A stretch of 64,000 nt of DNA, from the NCBI GenBank assembly GCA_017302655.1, contig JAFLDE010000002.1, positions 21,993 to 85,992 on the forward strand, read 5' to 3'. The translations under genes and the position numbers were made by a program. The notes below the pieces were generated by a model. It saw only the letters and a program-made list of their open reading frames with translations, did not search any database and was not told where the DNA came from. Below are positions 1 to 7,605 of this stretch, one piece after another. Source of the DNA: Burkholderiales bacterium (GTDB lineage: Bacteria > Pseudomonadota > Gammaproteobacteria > Burkholderiales > Burkholderiaceae_C). How positions within the stretch are numbered: position 1 is the first letter of the stretch; the number at the start of each line of letters is the position of its first letter.

Positions 1-144
1 GAGGACTTCGCCGCCCTGTCCTTCCTGAACGAGACGGCCGAGCAACTTGGCATGGGTGAGTTCGTGGAACTGGTGCCGGACAACCCGGATCCGAAGGATC
101 TGTTCGGTTTGCTGCGCCTTGACAGCATGGCGGTGGCCGCCTGA
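1..144 (+). CDS. 3' end of an unidentified protein, truncated by the window edge
   Basis: Frame 1 is open from base 1 (EDFAALSFLNETAEQLGMGEFVELVPDNPDPKDLFGLLRLDSMAVAA*) with GC3-rich codons; TGA at 142-144; converges on the S8 gene. Confidence 0.6.
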   Translation, partial: EDFAALSFLNETAEQLGMGEFVELVPDNPDPKDLFGLLRLDSMAVAA

Positions 145-210
145 TCGCCCGCTGAGACACAGGCCCAGGCACGCCGTGGTGCACCCGGGCACAGTCCGAG
201 CCTCAATCCC

Positions 211-2103
211 TCAGGGTTGCGCGACCGCCTCGCCGAGGATCCAGGGTTCGTCGGGCCGGAGCACCGGCAAGGGCGCATAGGCCTTCGCCTGCACGATGCC
301 AAGCGCTTGCCGCCACTGTTCGGCGCGGCTGGGGCGCGGACCTTCAGCCAGCGCGTTCACGATCTGCCGCGCCGCCACTGGCGCTGCCACGCTCGTGCCA
401 CGCATGCGTACCCAGGTGCCGGACAACACGCCGGCGCCCAGGAGCCCCGGCGTCAGGACGGCTTCATCGGCCGCCGCAAGCAGGTGCACACCACCGGGCC
501 GCGGCACCTTGCCGTCGACGGGTGCGCTGTACCACGCGGCGCGCTGGTTCTCCAGGCTGCCGGCGCCCACCGAGATCGGGTAGCGGCCGGTGCACAGCAC
601 GTTATGCGCCCCTGCGGCCCCCAGGAACAGCCCACGGGCTTGTTCCAAGTAGGACTGCGACACCGGCACGTTGGGCAGCAAGCTGAAGTCGGGCTGATCG
701 CCTTGCACCATCACCCACAAGGGCACCGGTTCGTCGGATCGATTGCGACACGCGAGCGACCAGCATCCGCCGGGGATCTGGCGCCTGCGCGCTCCCGCCA
801 CGGGCGCCAGCGCCAGGCAAGCCCGCCCGCTGGCCAGCACGCTCAGGCGCGCCAGAGCCACGCCGTCTTGCTCCCAACCGATCTGGTATCCGGCACCCAC
901 CCAGGGGGACGGGGCACCTCCGGGCAAGGTGACGCGGAACTGGAGGTCTGGCCTGGACGCGACCGGCCACCAGGCCTCCAGAAAGCTATCCGTTGGATCC
1001 TCGGGCCGCAAACGCCAGCGCACACTGACTGGCTCGGCTTGCTTGCCGCCTGCAACGCTGCCGCTGGCAATCATCGGCTGCCGGCCGCGGTTCCCGGCCG
1101 CAATGAGCACGAGCAGGCCCGGATCCTTGGCCATCAGTTCGTCGATGGCCCGCACCAGCAGCAGGCTGCCGTCTCGAGGTCCGGCCTGCACGCCCAGGCT
1201 GATGTTCACGACCACCAAGGCCTTGGGCGCATGCCGACGCGCCACGCGTCGAATGTGGTGCAGGGCATCGAGCACTTGCAGTGCCGACGGAGCGCCGGTC
1301 GCCTGCCCGGGGAGCCCCCCCGGGACCGACACCAGCACCAGGGCTGCTCGGGAGGCCGCGTCGGCCAGCGCCGGCTTGGCCGCCCCGGGGAAGGCCGCCT
1401 TGAGCGGCAGCCCGGCCAAGGTGTCCAACACATGTGTGGCGTGATCGACCCCGCCTTGATCCGCGGTCCAAGCCCGGTCCGACATGTCGAGTTCGCCGAG
1501 GTACAGCGCGCGTTCCTGGCTTGCATCGCGCGCGCGCCCGCACAGGGCCTTCAGCGCGGCAGCGTCAAGCTCCCGGCCGTAGCCGGCCGGAGGGCGCTTC
1601 CATGGGCCTGAACGGGCGGCCTGCGTCTGGTCCCAGTAGCTGAGGAGGCGGGTCGGCGCATCGTCGGCGTCGCTTTCGCGAAACGCGCGGTTCAAGGGAG
1701 CGCCGCCGCTGTCGATCACCCCTACGACGACAGCTGGGGGCGGACCGCCGGACCCCACATCGGCCGACGGCGCTGCGACGGGCTGCGGCGCTTCCGCCAA
1801 GGGCTGCGAAAACTCGATGCGATCAACCAGAGCCGCCAACTCGGGCAAGGCAGAGAGCTGCGCCCAAACGGGCTCGACCGATAGATCGACGGGCCAATCG
1901 TCTTGCCAACGAATCGCCAGTTGGAGTTTCAACACTTGCTGGCGCAGGGTCGAGGCATCGCCTCGATGACGAATGAGCAAGGGCAACCAGGCAGTGGAAG
2001 CCTCCTGTGCGCCAAACACGCCGGCGAAGGCATCCGCCCGCGCCCAATCCATGTAGACGTCGTCTTCAAACGCGCGCGGCGCGCTCCAGCGCGAATCGAT
2101 CAC
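211..2103 (-). CDS. S8 (subtilisin-like) serine peptidase, no signal peptide
   Basis: Catalytic motifs VGVIDSGG (Asp), DHATHVLDTLAG (His), AAGN (oxyanion Asn), GTSVAAP (Ser). Start placed at GTG 2103 because it forms a GTGA overlap with the upstream stop at 2100-2102 (ORF track starts at 2193). Confidence 0.9.
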   Translation of the reverse strand: MIDSRWSAPRAFEDDVYMDWARADAFAGVFGAQEASTAWLPLLIRHRGDASTLRQQVLKLQLAIRWQDDWPVDLSVEPVWAQLSALPELAALVDRIEFSQPLAEAPQPVAAPSADVGSGGPPPAVVVGVIDSGGAPLNRAFRESDADDAPTRLLSYWDQTQAARSGPWKRPPAGYGRELDAAALKALCGRARDASQERALYLGELDMSDRAWTADQGGVDHATHVLDTLAGLPLKAAFPGAAKPALADAASRAALVLVSVPGGLPGQATGAPSALQVLDALHHIRRVARRHAPKALVVVNISLGVQAGPRDGSLLLVRAIDELMAKDPGLLVLIAAGNRGRQPMIASGSVAGGKQAEPVSVRWRLRPEDPTDSFLEAWWPVASRPDLQFRVTLPGGAPSPWVGAGYQIGWEQDGVALARLSVLASGRACLALAPVAGARRRQIPGGCWSLACRNRSDEPVPLWVMVQGDQPDFSLLPNVPVSQSYLEQARGLFLGAAGAHNVLCTGRYPISVGAGSLENQRAAWYSAPVDGKVPRPGGVHLLAAADEAVLTPGLLGAGVLSGTWVRMRGTSVAAPVAARQIVNALAEGPRPSRAEQWRQALGIVQAKAYAPLPVLRPDEPWILGEAVAQP

Positions 2104-3314
2104 CACTCTTCGCAGGCCAGTTGCCACAACAGGCGCCAGTCCTGGCTTGGGTCCACCGCGTGCGCGGAATCCAGGAATCCACACAACGGCCAAGCGCCGA
2201 TCTGATCGATGTCAGGCGCCTCAGCGTCCACCTGTTCCATCCAGGCCCCCAACTCGCTCGCGTCCTCCCCTGGCAAGCCAAAGCGTGCGCAGCAAGCCTG
2301 TGCATCCTTGTCATCACACAGCGTGCGCAAGTGGCGAAAGACAGCCTGCCCCAACAGGCGCCCGGCCATGGAGTCCACCGGGAAGTGAACCCCGGCGACC
2401 ACGCGGTTCTCTGCGATGCGCAGCGCCATCCGATCGAGCATCGCCGGCCGGGGGTCTCGCGTGAAGCGACGGCGCATCCAGTGCCCGATCAGGGCGGCCA
2501 CCAGATGGCTTTCCCCGGCATGTCCACTCGGCAGCGACGCATGCCCGGGGACCTCGACATGCGGCATCAGGTCCGGCCGCAAATGGTGCGGCCGCGCGCA
2601 GCCCAGCATGTGCTTCACACGCTGCTGCAGGGCCTGCTGAAAGGCCAGTGCAGCGGCAAGGAACTCCAGACTGCGCGGTCTGCGCTCCCAAGGCACGGCA
2701 GCCACGGCCAGCAGAAATGGCATGGCGGCCCCGGCCTGGGCAATGATCTCGCCTGACCGGGATTCGCGCAGCGGAAGCAAGGCATCCACCGCTTCGACTT
2801 GCCGCGCGAAAAAGGCCTCGGGGGGACGCTGCATCTCGACCCACGCCACCCAGGCACCAGCTGAAGGGGACCATCGCTCAACGAGTGCCCTGTCTGGTCC
2901 CTCTGCGGCAAGCACGCGCACGCCTGAAAGCGCATCAGCCAGCAGGCTTTGGGCGCGAGGGCTGCTGGCCCAGGTGCGCCAGGACTCGCCATCAAGCTTC
3001 GGGTGCCGCACGGGCTGCGCTTCGGTACCTGCTTCCGGCAGCAAAGCACCGCGCGCCGCAGCAAGCAGGTTGGCCATCGTGTCCAAGCTGGGCTCACCAG
3101 CGGTGCCTGCTGCCTGTGAGGCCTGTCCTTGACCGACCGGAGGGCCGCTGACCACGACCACGTTGGGCCATACACCCGCGTTGGGCCATACACCTGCGTT
3201 CGGCCACACACCCGCGTTGGGCCACACACCTGCGTTGGGCCACACACCCGCGTTGGGCCATACACCTGCGTTGGGCCATACACCCGCAAGAGGAAGCAAA
3301 GGATTGGGCGGCAT
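2100..3314 (-). CDS. PAP2 / vanadium-dependent haloperoxidase superfamily protein with N-terminal (AGVWPN)x7 repeat
   Basis: All three PAP2 motifs: K-HMLGCA-RP, PSGH, NR-VVAGV-H-FPV-D. ATG at 3314 follows GAAAGG RBS-like sequence (ORF track starts at TTG 3332). Confidence 0.85.
   Translation of the reverse strand: MPPNPLLPLAGVWPNAGVWPNAGVWPNAGVWPNAGVWPNAGVWPNAGVWPNVVVVSGPPVGQGQASQAAGTAGEPSLDTMANLLAAARGALLPEAGTEAQPVRHPKLDGESWRTWASSPRAQSLLADALSGVRVLAAEGPDRALVERWSPSAGAWVAWVEMQRPPEAFFARQVEAVDALLPLRESRSGEIIAQAGAAMPFLLAVAAVPWERRPRSLEFLAAALAFQQALQQRVKHMLGCARPHHLRPDLMPHVEVPGHASLPSGHAGESHLVAALIGHWMRRRFTRDPRPAMLDRMALRIAENRVVAGVHFPVDSMAGRLLGQAVFRHLRTLCDDKDAQACCARFGLPGEDASELGAWMEQVDAEAPDIDQIGAWPLCGFLDSAHAVDPSQDWRLLWQLACEEW
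3161..3286 (-). repeat. Seven tandem 18-bp coding repeats encoding A-G-V-W-P-N
   Basis: Plus-strand unit CGTT(G/C)GGCCA(T/C)ACACC(C/T)G repeated head to tail 7 times with no spacers. Confidence 0.97.
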
Positions 3315-3349
3315 GTCGATCGTGCCTTTCAAGGAAAAGGGAAAGCCTC

Positions 3350-5056
3350 TCAGCGCTCAGGAAGCCCTGCGGCGGTCAGCGCCCATGCGAAGTCCGTGGC
3401 ATGCGCCGTCTTCCGTCCGCCATAGGTATCCCAGAAGAGCTTGAGGTTGTACTGAGGCCAAAGCTCCCTGAGTTGCAGCAGGTGTTCGTGAGCCACATGC
3501 AAATTGCCGCTTCGCGCATGCGCGATCGTCAAATAGAAGAGGTTCGGTGCATGCCTTGCGCGCTGGCGCGCAGAGCGCTCTGCAAAGGCCAAGCCTTGAG
3601 GAATGTCGCCACGGGCCAAGTGCACGTGTGCCGCCACGGCATCAAAGAGGTAGCGCCAAGGGTCAAGCGGAGAGAGTGCCAACGCCACCTTGAGCGAGTC
3701 GTGAGCTTCGTCCAGTCGGTCATCAAACGTTGCCTGCAGCGCCGAGAACAGCCAAGCGAAGGCATCGCTCGGATTGGCATCCAGGGCGCGCGCGAGCGCC
3801 GCACGAGCCTCGCTTGGCGGATGCCCCTCCATGATGTGAAGGTAGCCCTGCAAGGCCATTGCCATGGCGCAATAGGGGTCAGCCTCCAAAGCGCGCTGGC
3901 AACAGATGACCGCCTCCGCAACCGCTTCGCGCCGTCGCTGCAAACCCTGCAGTGCAGCCATCACATGCCACTTGGCTGTCCACGCATGCACCAGCGCTTG
4001 GTTCGGTGCTCGCTCACGCAAGCCCTCGAGCAACAGCCGAGACCGCTCAAACGAAGCGGGCGAGAGTCGGTGCATGAGCTGGCTGGCACCGATGAGGAGT
4101 TGGTGATCCTCCAGGCTCTGCCAAGCAGGCAACTGAGCGACGCTTAGGGTCTCGCTCATCAGCGCAGCGTGAGCGTCCGCGATCGCGCGCATGAGACCGT
4201 CCGCGCTGCCGGCCAGGAGATCGTCGAGACGCACGCTGATGCGATCGCTCCAAAGCGCGCGTGACTGCCCCTTGGCCAGGACTTCCAGGTTCAGCAGCAG
4301 GGTGCCGCTGTCTCCAAGATGACCCTTGCCGAGCATCACATGGCTGGCGCCGAGCAGGGTGAAGGCGTCCTGCACGGCTCGTGCGGAGTCGGTCAGGCGC
4401 GACGTCGACTCACGCGCAACGACGCGCAAGAGGGCCGAGCGGGCCAGTGAACCGGTCAATGTGTCTGCAATGAGGTCGGCACAAGCTGCGGCGCGCGCGG
4501 GGTCATTGCCGCCGATCTGCGGGCGCAGCACCACCAGTACGTCGCGCAGCGCCACCGGGTCGGGCTGGCCGCTGGCCCCTTCCAAGGGCAGGGCCAGCAC
4601 CTTCAACGGGTCGCTGGCATCGTGACCGAGGTCCACCAGCGGGAGCTCCCAGGTTCGCGACAGGCGGTCGGCGAGGTCGGCACTCAGTCCCACCGCACCC
4701 AGCGGCGCGCGGCGGGCGGCCCGTTCGGCCGCTCGCAGCTCGCTGGCCTGAGGGTTTTCGGTGTCCCGCACCAGGTGCAGACCCATGTGCACAGGGGTGT
4801 GCACCTGCCAGCCCATGAGCAGGCGGCGGGCGACTGAGAGCAAGGCGTCGGCATCAGGCGCGCTCACGGCGGCCGGCAGGGCCTGACGCCAAGGTGCGTC
4901 CGGCAGGGCCTCCTTGAGAGCGTCGGCGATGCGACGCCACCGCTGCTCGATCTGCACAGGTGGCAGGTCATGCCCAAGCTCAGGACAGACCCAAAGCAAA
5001 GCGCCCGTCTGCACATCAGCAGACGTCAGCACGGACACATCGCTCGCCTCTGGCAT
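3350..5056 (-). CDS. Degenerate adenylate/guanylate-cyclase-like domain + TolB-like domain + TPR repeats (sensor/regulator)
   Basis: TolB-N-like block (ADLIADTLTGSLARSALLRVVARESTS...LWSDRI); TPR helices (ALEADPYCAMAMAL, ALDANPSDAFAWL, ALALSPLDPWRY); N-terminus resembles the end of a class III cyclase domain. Start ATG 5056 is uncertain (ORF open to 5242). Confidence 0.75.
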   Translation of the reverse strand: MPEASDVSVLTSADVQTGALLWVCPELGHDLPPVQIEQRWRRIADALKEALPDAPWRQALPAAVSAPDADALLSVARRLLMGWQVHTPVHMGLHLVRDTENPQASELRAAERAARRAPLGAVGLSADLADRLSRTWELPLVDLGHDASDPLKVLALPLEGASGQPDPVALRDVLVVLRPQIGGNDPARAAACADLIADTLTGSLARSALLRVVARESTSRLTDSARAVQDAFTLLGASHVMLGKGHLGDSGTLLLNLEVLAKGQSRALWSDRISVRLDDLLAGSADGLMRAIADAHAALMSETLSVAQLPAWQSLEDHQLLIGASQLMHRLSPASFERSRLLLEGLRERAPNQALVHAWTAKWHVMAALQGLQRRREAVAEAVICCQRALEADPYCAMAMALQGYLHIMEGHPPSEARAALARALDANPSDAFAWLFSALQATFDDRLDEAHDSLKVALALSPLDPWRYLFDAVAAHVHLARGDIPQGLAFAERSARQRARHAPNLFYLTIAHARSGNLHVAHEHLLQLRELWPQYNLKLFWDTYGGRKTAHATDFAWALTAAGLPER

Positions 5057-5365
5057 GCAGTGCCTCCCTGTTACGGCTCTTGCATTGTGAAGCGCAAGCC
5101 ATGTCGACGCTGTTGCATAGAAACCCCGTCTCCAAGGCCTTTTCTTCATGAGGATCGTGCGCTCCGGCGGGCGGCGTTGGCACGTTGCGACGCAGGTGCC
5201 GCCGTCGCCCCTCGCGACTGGGCGGCCGAGCGGATTCATCACAGGCCGAGTCCCGGTGAGCCTTCCGGCTGTCCCCCGTTTCGTTGGCTGGCTCGCTCTT
5301 GACCTTGGTGCTGCGTCAACGCAGGCCAGACTTCGGCGTTGCTGGCACCTCGGTCATCCCGACCG

Positions 5366-5596
5366 ATGGAGCCGACCTTGAGAATCCCTTTGCGCAGCTT
5401 GTCTGTCGTGCTGTTGGCCGTCGTCGGCCTGTCCGGTTGCATCATCATTCCGGCCCACCGACATCATGGCCCACCGCGTGGCGTCGTCGTCATCGAGAGC
5501 CCGCACGCGCACGGGCATGGCCACCGCGGCGGACGGCACCCCGGTCGGGGCGACGGAGGCTACGACCAGCGCGGCTTCGGTCCATACCGCCGCTGA
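5366..5596 (+). CDS. Small His/Gly-rich lipoprotein
   Basis: Signal peptide ending in lipobox LSG-C, then PAHRHHGPPRG...HAHGHGHRGG. Confidence 0.65.
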   Translation: MEPTLRIPLRSLSVVLLAVVGLSGCIIIPAHRHHGPPRGVVVIESPHAHGHGHRGGRHPGRGDGGYDQRGFGPYRR

Positions 5597-5599
5597 CGC

Positions 5600-6019
5600 T
5601 CAGCGGAAGGAGGCCAGCAGGATGTTGGTCTCGGTGTTGGCGATGCCCTTGATGAGCCGCACACGCTCTAGCACCTGGGACAGCTCGGCCATCGAGCCAG
5701 CGCGCAGTTCTGCCAGCAAGTCCCACCGGCCGTTGGTGTCGTGCAGCGCCATCACGGCGGGTTCGCCAAGCAAGGCGGCGGTCACGGCGCGGGTCTGGTT
5801 GCCCTCCACCAGCACGCCCATCCAGGCGCGGATCTGGTCGGGCTCGGCCTCGGGGCGCAAGCGCACCGTGTAGCCGACGATCATTTGCTCGTCCTCGAGC
5901 TTCTTCAGCCGATTCGTCACCGTGCCGCGGCTCACGCCGAGTTTGGCCGCGAGTTGCGCCACGCCAAGGCGGGCGTTGGCGCGCAGCAGGGCGATCAGCT
6001 TGTGGTCGAGGTCGTCCAT
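5600..6019 (-). CDS. Lrp/AsnC family transcriptional regulator
   Basis: MDDLDHKLIALLRANAR...LGVSRGTVTNRLKKLE HTH plus C-terminal RAM domain (TNGRWDLLAE). Confidence 0.95.
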   Translation of the reverse strand: MDDLDHKLIALLRANARLGVAQLAAKLGVSRGTVTNRLKKLEDEQMIVGYTVRLRPEAEPDQIRAWMGVLVEGNQTRAVTAALLGEPAVMALHDTNGRWDLLAELRAGSMAELSQVLERVRLIKGIANTETNILLASFR

Positions 6020-6537
6020 GCGTGCAATGCCTTGTGAAAAACACGGTTGCGATACGAGACGCCGTCGATTCGGTAATCCGTCTCACCAACGTCTTGGTAG
6101 CCCTGTCGCGCGTAGAAGGCCAGCGCGCGCCCATTCCCTTCCCAGGCACTGAGCCAGGAGCAGGCCGCGCCTTGCCCACGCGCCAAGTCCTCCGCGGCCT
6201 TCAGCAAGCGTGCGCCCAGGCCTTGGCACTGCCGTCTTGGGTGCACGTAGAGCCTGAACAACTCGGCACCCTGCAGCGCAGGTCCAGCGCTAGCGCTCGG
6301 CCCGGTCGCTTGCAGTGTGAGGTCGGCAAAGCCTTCCAGCCATCCTTCGGTCTCTGCCACCAGCACGCGCACCCCTGGGTCCTGCAGCCGTGCCGCCAGC
6401 ACCGGCACAGCGAAGCGCTGCTGCACCTCGCTGGCGATGGCGCGGTTCACCCCTTGCGGCACGTAGGTGTCGAGGAAGACATGGCTCGCCAGCAGGCTCA
6501 GCCGTTCTGCATCCAAGGGCGTGGCCAGTCGAATCAA
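5995..6537 (-). CDS. GNAT family N-acetyltransferase
   Basis: LFRLYVHPRRQCQGLGARLL motif A and N..ALAFYARQGY motif. TTG start at 6537 overlaps the upstream TGA (TTGA); 3' end overlaps the Lrp start by 25 nt. Confidence 0.85.
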   Translation of the reverse strand: MIRLATPLDAERLSLLASHVFLDTYVPQGVNRAIASEVQQRFAVPVLAARLQDPGVRVLVAETEGWLEGFADLTLQATGPSASAGPALQGAELFRLYVHPRRQCQGLGARLLKAAEDLARGQGAACSWLSAWEGNGRALAFYARQGYQDVGETDYRIDGVSYRNRVFHKALHAWTTSTTS

Positions 6538-7490
6538 CGGAAGCGCTCGATGTCGCGCGCCAGGTAGAACCATTCCTGCCCTGCCTGTGCCTTGCTGTTG
6601 GGAAAGACGATGCAGCCCGCCACGGGCGCATGCACCGCCTCGCCGCTGGCGCGATGGCCAATCAATTCCCCTTCCGCCACCCGGTCGAAACTGACCCAGG
6701 GCTTGACGAAGTCGTCGTCCACATGATGCTTGTCCTCCACATGGTGCAGGCGCAAGCCGGCCATGCTGTGCACTGCAGGCACGGCACCGTCGATCAAACC
6801 AAAGTGCGTCAGCGTGTTCACGATCGCCTGGTAGGCCACCTCGGGGGCCTCGGTGTCCTGGTGCTGGCCGCATTCCAGCGTCAGTGCCATGCCCCCGGTG
6901 CTGCGCATGTACTCGGTGCTCCCCACGCCGTACTGCTCATCCAGGTCGACGCTGCTGCCCACCTCCCGACCGGCGAAACGCGAACGGCGCTGCGCCACGC
7001 CACCTGCGTAGGTGTCCAGCCAGCCATCCACGCCACGCTGCACACCCAGCACCTTGGCCCAGGCCACCTCCTCGTCGGCCTGACGGACGGGCTGCAGCGG
7101 GCCATCGTTGTTCTCAGGACCCACCATCACGAAAGGCTTGCCGTTGGCCTGGAATGAATGCAAGTCGAGCAGGATCTCGTGCCGTGCCATCAGCGGACAC
7201 AGCCAGTTGGCCACGTGATCCTCGAACTCCTTGGGCTCGTTCGTCGGGCGCAGGCGGCGGTTCAGGTTGCGGTCGCCGTTGCGTTGTTGCTTCTGGTAAG
7301 CCAGCGGGTTGCAGATGGGCACAAACGTGACGCAGCCACGCAGCAAGCGGCGTTCGTCGCGCTCGAATTCGGCAATCAGGCGGCGAATGGCCTGCGTGCC
7401 GCAAACCTCATTGCCGTGCACGGCCCCGGTGACGAGCAGGCGCCGGCCCGGTTCGACGGCGCTGAATTGGGTGGCTTGGAAAGAGTGCAT
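6534..7490 (-). CDS. M14 metallocarboxypeptidase superfamily (succinylglutamate desuccinylase/aspartoacylase-like)
   Basis: GAVHGNE (HxxE), NLNRR, LLDLHS, LTLECG motifs; start ATG 7490. Confidence 0.85.
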   Translation of the reverse strand: MHSFQATQFSAVEPGRRLLVTGAVHGNEVCGTQAIRRLIAEFERDERRLLRGCVTFVPICNPLAYQKQQRNGDRNLNRRLRPTNEPKEFEDHVANWLCPLMARHEILLDLHSFQANGKPFVMVGPENNDGPLQPVRQADEEVAWAKVLGVQRGVDGWLDTYAGGVAQRRSRFAGREVGSSVDLDEQYGVGSTEYMRSTGGMALTLECGQHQDTEAPEVAYQAIVNTLTHFGLIDGAVPAVHSMAGLRLHHVEDKHHVDDDFVKPWVSFDRVAEGELIGHRASGEAVHAPVAGCIVFPNSKAQAGQEWFYLARDIERFR

Positions 7491-7605
7491 GGCCGCCAGT
7501 CTGCCATCTGGGTCCTGGCGATCCCAACCCCATTCGAGCCGGTTATGGGTCGCGCGAAGGCTGCTATGTCTCCGACCCCAGCCAGCCACGTAGCCTTCGC
7601 CCCCG

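Noticed and set aside
3161-3286. CRISPR array or non-coding VNTR
   Set aside because: Units are 18 bp, head to tail, with no spacers and no cas genes; the variation is synonymous in a coding frame.
3129-3444. Plus-strand repeat ORFs (LGHTPA)n and (VGPYTR)n
   Set aside because: Antisense shadows of the PAP2 gene; the GPYTR frame changes amino acids between units, and only the minus frame continues into a recognisable enzyme.
5057-5242. N-terminal extensions given by the ORF track (also 15868, 19633, 20715, 23942, 35262, 58077 and others)
   Set aside because: They run deep into upstream genes or low-complexity sequence; downstream starts with stop/start overlaps or RBSs fit family lengths better.
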